DNA of 64,000 bases from Cetorhinus maximus (Eukaryota), in the NCBI RefSeq assembly GCF_964194155.1, contig NC_135902.1:49228001-49292000 (forward strand), written 5' to 3'. Below are positions 59,901 through 64,000 of the stretch, piece after piece. Made by a program: the position numbers and the translations under genes. Each line of letters starts with the position of its first letter. The first letter of the stretch is position 1. Under the pieces are notes generated by a model. That model saw only the letters and a list, made by a program, of their open reading frames with translations. It had not been told where the DNA came from and did not search any database.

Positions 59901-62900
59901 TCGCTCAGGATGAAATATATTCTGTTTTTACATACGCTGTCAAGGACTTATGCAGAACTATTTTTTCAAAAATCTATGATTTTGGCTGCATTAACTGACT
60001 TGTCCAGTAAGGTTCTAATTTTTCTGTACACTTGTTTCTTTTTGCACTTTCCCTGTACCAAAAGATGTTTGGAATTTGGGACTTTTTATCCAGTTAGTTA
60101 ATGAGTGATACTGACGGGAAAAAGATTTGAATCCCAATCTGCTCTGGTCAGTTATCTTATCTCTGCTGAAATGGCAAAAGGAATGGTACACTTGGCCTCC
60201 GTGCCCCGCTTAAGAAGTGGAAAATTGGTCCATGCCCCGCTTTAAGAAGTGGAAAATTGGTCATGCTGCTTGCTCGAAGTTGCTAACCAGCAACCCAATT
60301 GAGACCAATGTTGTTCTTACCCAGCTGTAATGGCCCATGTGGTGAGATAACCTGTCAAGGCTCACATGAATAGTGACCAATCGGGTAATATACTAATGCA
60401 TGACTTTAAAGTATGCAATTTTTCTTAACATGAAGTTGATTCCTTTGGGAGGGGAGGGGAAAAAAATTTGCCAGAGGAAATGTTGGCAAAACAATTTATT
60501 GCCTTTTTATTTTGGTAAATACAAAATCTGCACATAGTTTGACCATTTTTTTTCTCCTGTTTCTAATATTTTTATATTTTAAAATAGGTGATCCTGACTT
60601 GCTGTCCAGTGAAGCAATATCTGTAATAAGAGGCGTACTTCAAGAGGAACTCCGGGACCCATACAAAGAGAGGGGACCTGGACCAGGAGCACATCCATCA
60701 AAAGCGTAGAGTCTATTTTCTGAATTTATAGAGAACTTAAGTAAATTTTGTTTCCTGCATTCAAAGATGTGACTGAATTACTTCTGTTTGGCAAGCAGCG
60801 AACAATTACTTTGTGTCAGTTTGGTGTCAGTTGGTATCCTGTCTTCTGAGTTAGAAGGCAGTGGAGCAGAATTTGAACCCAAGGCATGGGTACACAACCT
60901 AGGCTGTCATTTAAAATGCAGCCCTGAGGAGGGCTGTGTTGTCAGACCTTTGTAAATTTATGTTAAAAAGATCCTCCACCAACTTGCACTACAGAAAAAA
61001 TGAGTACGGGTGATTTATTTGGGTGCATGGCTTCTTAAATTTTTTTTGCACGGCTGCACGCGCACATATCTTAAAGGGACCAACTTGTGTGCGGCCTGTG
61101 ATGGTGGCTGTGCAGCTTACAGGGAACATTGTCTCCTAGCCTCCCTGTTCAGGTAGATGTAAAAGATTGCATGGTACTATTTGAAAGGGGGTTGGGTGGC
61201 CTTCTCACAAATGATCCTGTCTGAGCTAGCATTTCTAATGCAGAAACTAAATTTGCAAATTGTCAATCATGCTTTAGGTTTTTCACCATTTTCTATAGGA
61301 TGGGGTGGGTGGTGGACAATATGTCTTGAACGATAAGTTATTGTTACAAGTAATTTTTTAAAAGCTGTTTTGAGATAGATATTAATGAGCTAGCCAGGCT
61401 ATGAAAAATATAAAATTTATTGGCTTGTCTCTAAATACCTACCTGTTATATTGGAAGTTTTTTGATTACTTTAACAAATACAGCAAAATTTTAAACATCT
61501 CTACAAAACAGTCAATCTTTTGTAATCGAACCTATAGCAGAGCCGGAAAGACTTTTTTCAAAAAGGCAAAGAACTTAATCAGTGGGGTGAATCATCTTTA
61601 TAAAGTAGGATAACTTGGCATAGTGTATAAACTGTTCGTTATTGCACAGAATAGGTTGTCAATTTGATCTGTGAATCTGATTGTAACCTGTTCTGCACAT
61701 TCATCATCGTACAAATAAAGCAGCTCAGTGATTCAAATCCAGCTTGCCAAATGCAACTCAATCTGGTTTTAGATTTAATTAATGTGAAAGTAACACTGAT
61801 ATCCACTGATATCATGACACAAGGGAGTTCTATTGTTGCACTCAAGATCCTGTTATGAGTGTATATTTATTTAGCAAATGCAAATCCCCAAAACCAAGCA
61901 AAAGCCTCAGGTGCTGAGTTTAAGGTGATTAGTCTGCCACTTGTCTGTAGAGGGGACACTCTTCGATTTATGCCTTTGCACAAATGCATAAGGGGTTTGT
62001 ACTGAGACCCCAGCAGTTGGCTACACAGGGGCCCTGGCCTGTCCTGAACCTATTTAGCAAGGACCACCATTGCCTAATGGCAGTTCAAAGCCTGCCATTT
62101 GACAGATGATGTTTGTTTGTCACTAAGAACTTGTTAGTGATTCCCATGTTTCCCTTTCCTTGATCCAAAGGATATCTGCTGGTAGATCTTGTTCAGGAAG
62201 GGTGCTCCATGTGGGGCACCGAGATGTCAGCAGTAGGTGGTTGAACAGGTCATCATGGTGTGATAAGTGACATGCAGCAAGGTTTCAACCAGATCGTGGA
62301 TTTCTTGTCAGCCGGCAGATGTGTGACGGAGTGATGTTTGCAAGAACGGGAAGTCTGGAAAATGGAGTTTAGTGGAGAGTTTAAGGCATATGGATATGAG
62401 GCTGTGCGAGATAATTCCTATCAAAATAAGAGGCTCTTGCCTTTTGAGAACAACTGATGCAACTGAATCCAAGACTGTAACTACAAAACGATCCCAAGTT
62501 TGTAACAATGTTCTCATCATGATAGCATTTCAAAACAAATTAATTGGCTGTGAAGTAATTTAGGGAGTCCCAAAGATGAGATGACTTTATATAAATACAA
62601 GTGTTTTGCTTTTACTATTGTTGCTACTTCTAACCCACTCCAATATTTTTTTAATGGGCTGTTGAAACTTGCACAAAGATGCAAATTATTTTGATCTGAA
62701 TTTTCTCATTTCATTAAAAAATATGTTAAAAAATAGATATTTTAATATATTTTTAACTGTTCTAGCTCCTCATCATCTTCTGTTCCCACCTGGGATGGGG
62801 ATGGATCTGAATCCACCAATGAGCTCATCCGGCTTGGTGAATCTGCCTGTACATACAGCCACAGAAAGAGCACAGGTAATCACTGATGAATCTTTTTAGT

Positions 62901-63242
62901 AAGAGAGTAGTATTGTGGTCTGTGGTTATGTTAGCCTTACCGTGTGCTTTATATTAGAAATTTCATTGCTTTTAAAAAGAAATCCATTGCTATGTCTGTT
63001 TCTATTATTACTTTTCATTGGAGCCTCAAATGCAACTTTGATGCTTTTTAAAATTTGTTTTTTGTCCTTTTACTTTTGTCTGTCTTTTCTTTCTTGAGAC
63101 TTGCCTGAATTTCATCGTAGTGTCAAGGAATCAGAACAGAAGTTGAAGATCTTGGACCAAGGAAAAAATGGGATATGCTCCTTTCTTTCTGGTTCTGCCA
63201 CTGTAGCTAATACTAATGAGGAAGAAATGCTACAACCAGGAA
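38654..63242 (+). CDS. CEP95: Centrosomal protein of 95 kDa, coding exons 1-7 (continues beyond the right edge)
   Basis: Exons 38654-38675, 49735-49863, 49995-50102, 50478-50588, 60588-60705, 62766-62875, 63099-63242 give [22 protein letters not shown]...[21 protein letters not shown]...[14 protein letters not shown]...[16 protein letters not shown], resembling CEP95; head-to-head with DDX5 as in human. Confidence 0.9.
38915..38942. repeat. (TC)n microsatellite
   Basis: Direct reading. Confidence 0.9.
40255..41645 (+). mobile_element. CR1 LINE RT/3' fragment
   Basis: [38 protein letters not shown]. Confidence 0.85.
40724..41120 (-). mobile_element. Internally deleted Penelope-like element with directly repeated termini, nested in CR1
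   Basis: Terminus repeated at ~40724 and ~41070; TSD GCAG(G/C)AAGTTAGCAT at 40709-40723 and 41121-41135. Confidence 0.85.
42620..43400 (+). mobile_element. Degraded tRNA-derived SINE(s), DeuSINE-like, with nested pieces
   Basis: B-box-like GGTTCAAGCCCC at ~42682; related remnants at ~6610-6720, ~33200-33560, ~60810-61190. Confidence 0.45.
43570..44225 (-). mobile_element. LINE endonuclease-region fragment
   Basis: [12 protein letters not shown] and [21 protein letters not shown] (APE-like endonuclease motifs). Confidence 0.7.
45329..48919 (-). mobile_element. L1/Tx1-clade LINE: nearly complete ORF2 (APE endonuclease, RT, C-terminal zinc finger) broken by one stop and two frameshifts
   Basis: LLFLQE, ILGGDFN, RIDF, FSDH; [45 protein letters not shown]; [19 protein letters not shown]; AATAAA + poly(A); TSD GTCCAAAGACTT at 45317-45328 and 48920-48931. 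Confidence 0.95.
49735..49863 (+). CDS. CEP95: CEP95 coding exon 2
   Basis: [15 protein letters not shown]...[17 protein letters not shown]; TAG| and |GTAAGT. Confidence 0.92.
49995..50102 (+). CDS. CEP95: CEP95 coding exon 3
   Basis: [36 protein letters not shown]; 108 nt. Confidence 0.92.
50478..50588 (+). CDS. CEP95: CEP95 coding exon 4
   Basis: [32 protein letters not shown]; 111 nt. Confidence 0.92.
50820..51870 (+). mobile_element. Harbinger/PIF transposase pseudogene (HARBI1-like DDE)
   Basis: [53 protein letters not shown]. Confidence 0.88.
52150..54300 (-). mobile_element. Harbinger second ORF (Myb/SANT-like DNA-binding protein) remnant, convergent with the transposase
   Basis: [21 protein letters not shown] fits the trihelix Myb/SANT-like pattern; position fits the two-ORF Harbinger layout. 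Confidence 0.6.
55295..59720 (-). mobile_element. Near full-length CR1 LINE (ORF1 zinc finger + SGNH esterase; ORF2 endonuclease + RT), decayed
   Basis: [26 protein letters not shown]; [27 protein letters not shown]; [32 protein letters not shown]. Confidence 0.93.
60588..60705 (+). CDS. CEP95: CEP95 coding exon 5
   Basis: Strong acceptor; donor GC|GTAGAG is weak but gives the phase needed for the next exon. Confidence 0.65.
62766..62875 (+). CDS. CEP95: CEP95 coding exon 6
   Basis: [31 protein letters not shown]; donor CAG|GTAATC. Confidence 0.85.
63099..63242 (+). CDS. CEP95: CEP95 coding exon 7
   Basis: Long pyrimidine tract then GAG|; open in phase; donor A|GTAAGT; 144 nt. Confidence 0.65.
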
Positions 63243-63455
63243 GTAAGTAGGAAAATAATGTTTGTTTATAAACAGCAGTAACCTATAGATGGGTGACAAA
63301 TTTGATTTTGTTTTGTTAATTCTTTTGCTTGCATGGAAATACTTCGAATTGTTTTTGTCTAGGAGTTTGTGAATTTGAATCCTGAGGCTGCTTTAGATTT
63401 TTTTTTTATCCACCCTGCAGCCTGGCCCCTTGTCTTTTGAGCAAAAGTAAGGACA

Positions 63456-63823
63456 TTATAAAAGCAAAATCTGGCAGATGCTGGAAATACTCTGCAGGTT
63501 AGGCAGCATTGTGGAGAGAGAAATGGAGATAATGTTTCAGGTGAATGACCTTTCATCAGAACTGGAAAAATGTAGAGATGTAAACTGGTTTTAAGCAAGT
63601 AGAGGCTGCGAAAGCTGGCGAGGGGAGAAGGGAACAAATGAGATGGGGTGGATGACAGGAATTATTAATTATAGAACAAAATGCATAATGATATTGGACA
63701 AAAGTTACATCTCTAAATTTTCCAGTTCTGAAGAAAGGTCATTGACCTGAAATGTTAGCCATGTTTCTGTCCCCACAGATGCTACCTCAGCTGCTGAGTA
63801 TTTCCAGCATTTTCTGTTTTTAT
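63456..63823. mobile_element. Older inverted Penelope-terminus dimer with hammerhead-like motifs
   Basis: Arms ~63460-63585 and ~63703-63823; cores CTGATGA (- strand) and CTGAAGA (+ strand); TAAGGACA at 63448-63455 and 63824-63831. Confidence 0.72.
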
Positions 63824-64000
63824 TAAGGACAGTCTATCTCCAGGGAAATGAAGTATAAATTAAACCAGCTCATCCAGTTTAAATCTAGTCACCTGAGGAG
63901 TCGTGTTGATGGCAATGGATCAATTTCTTTAGTGCTAGTGTGCTGTACCAACAACCTAAAGCAGTGTGATGCACACAAGTTGCTTGTCTCTTGCTTTGCC

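Noticed and set aside
60202-60262. ~31-bp tandem duplication (TGCCCCGCTTAAGAAGTGGAAAATTGGTC x2)
   Set aside because: Two copies only, in a probable decayed repeat; ordinary slippage

Overview
Vertebrate genomic DNA, most likely a cartilaginous fish (inferred from the mix of CR1, Penelope, Tx1, Harbinger and DeuSINE-type repeats; species cannot be determined from sequence alone). Four spliced protein-coding genes are supported: the 5' end of POLG2 (- strand), a complete 3-exon TERF2IP/RAP1 (+), a complete 13-exon DDX5 (-), and the first 7 coding exons of CEP95 (+), head-to-head with DDX5. POLG2-DDX5-CEP95 is the order known from human chr17; an intact TERF2IP between POLG2 and DDX5 is not. Most of the remaining DNA is transposon-derived. 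Most notable observations: (1) Penelope-like elements whose ends carry minimal hammerhead-ribozyme motifs, repeatedly inserted as inverted (palindromic) dimers, with several catalytic-core variants; (2) a miR-3064-like hairpin that pairs across the DDX5 exon 12 3' splice site, plus two candidate poison acceptors in intron 11; (3) a chain of uORFs joined by AUGA stop/start overlaps in the POLG2 leader. Exon boundaries were read by eye from GT/AG sites and frame continuity; repeat boundaries are approximate; homologies are recalled, not searched.
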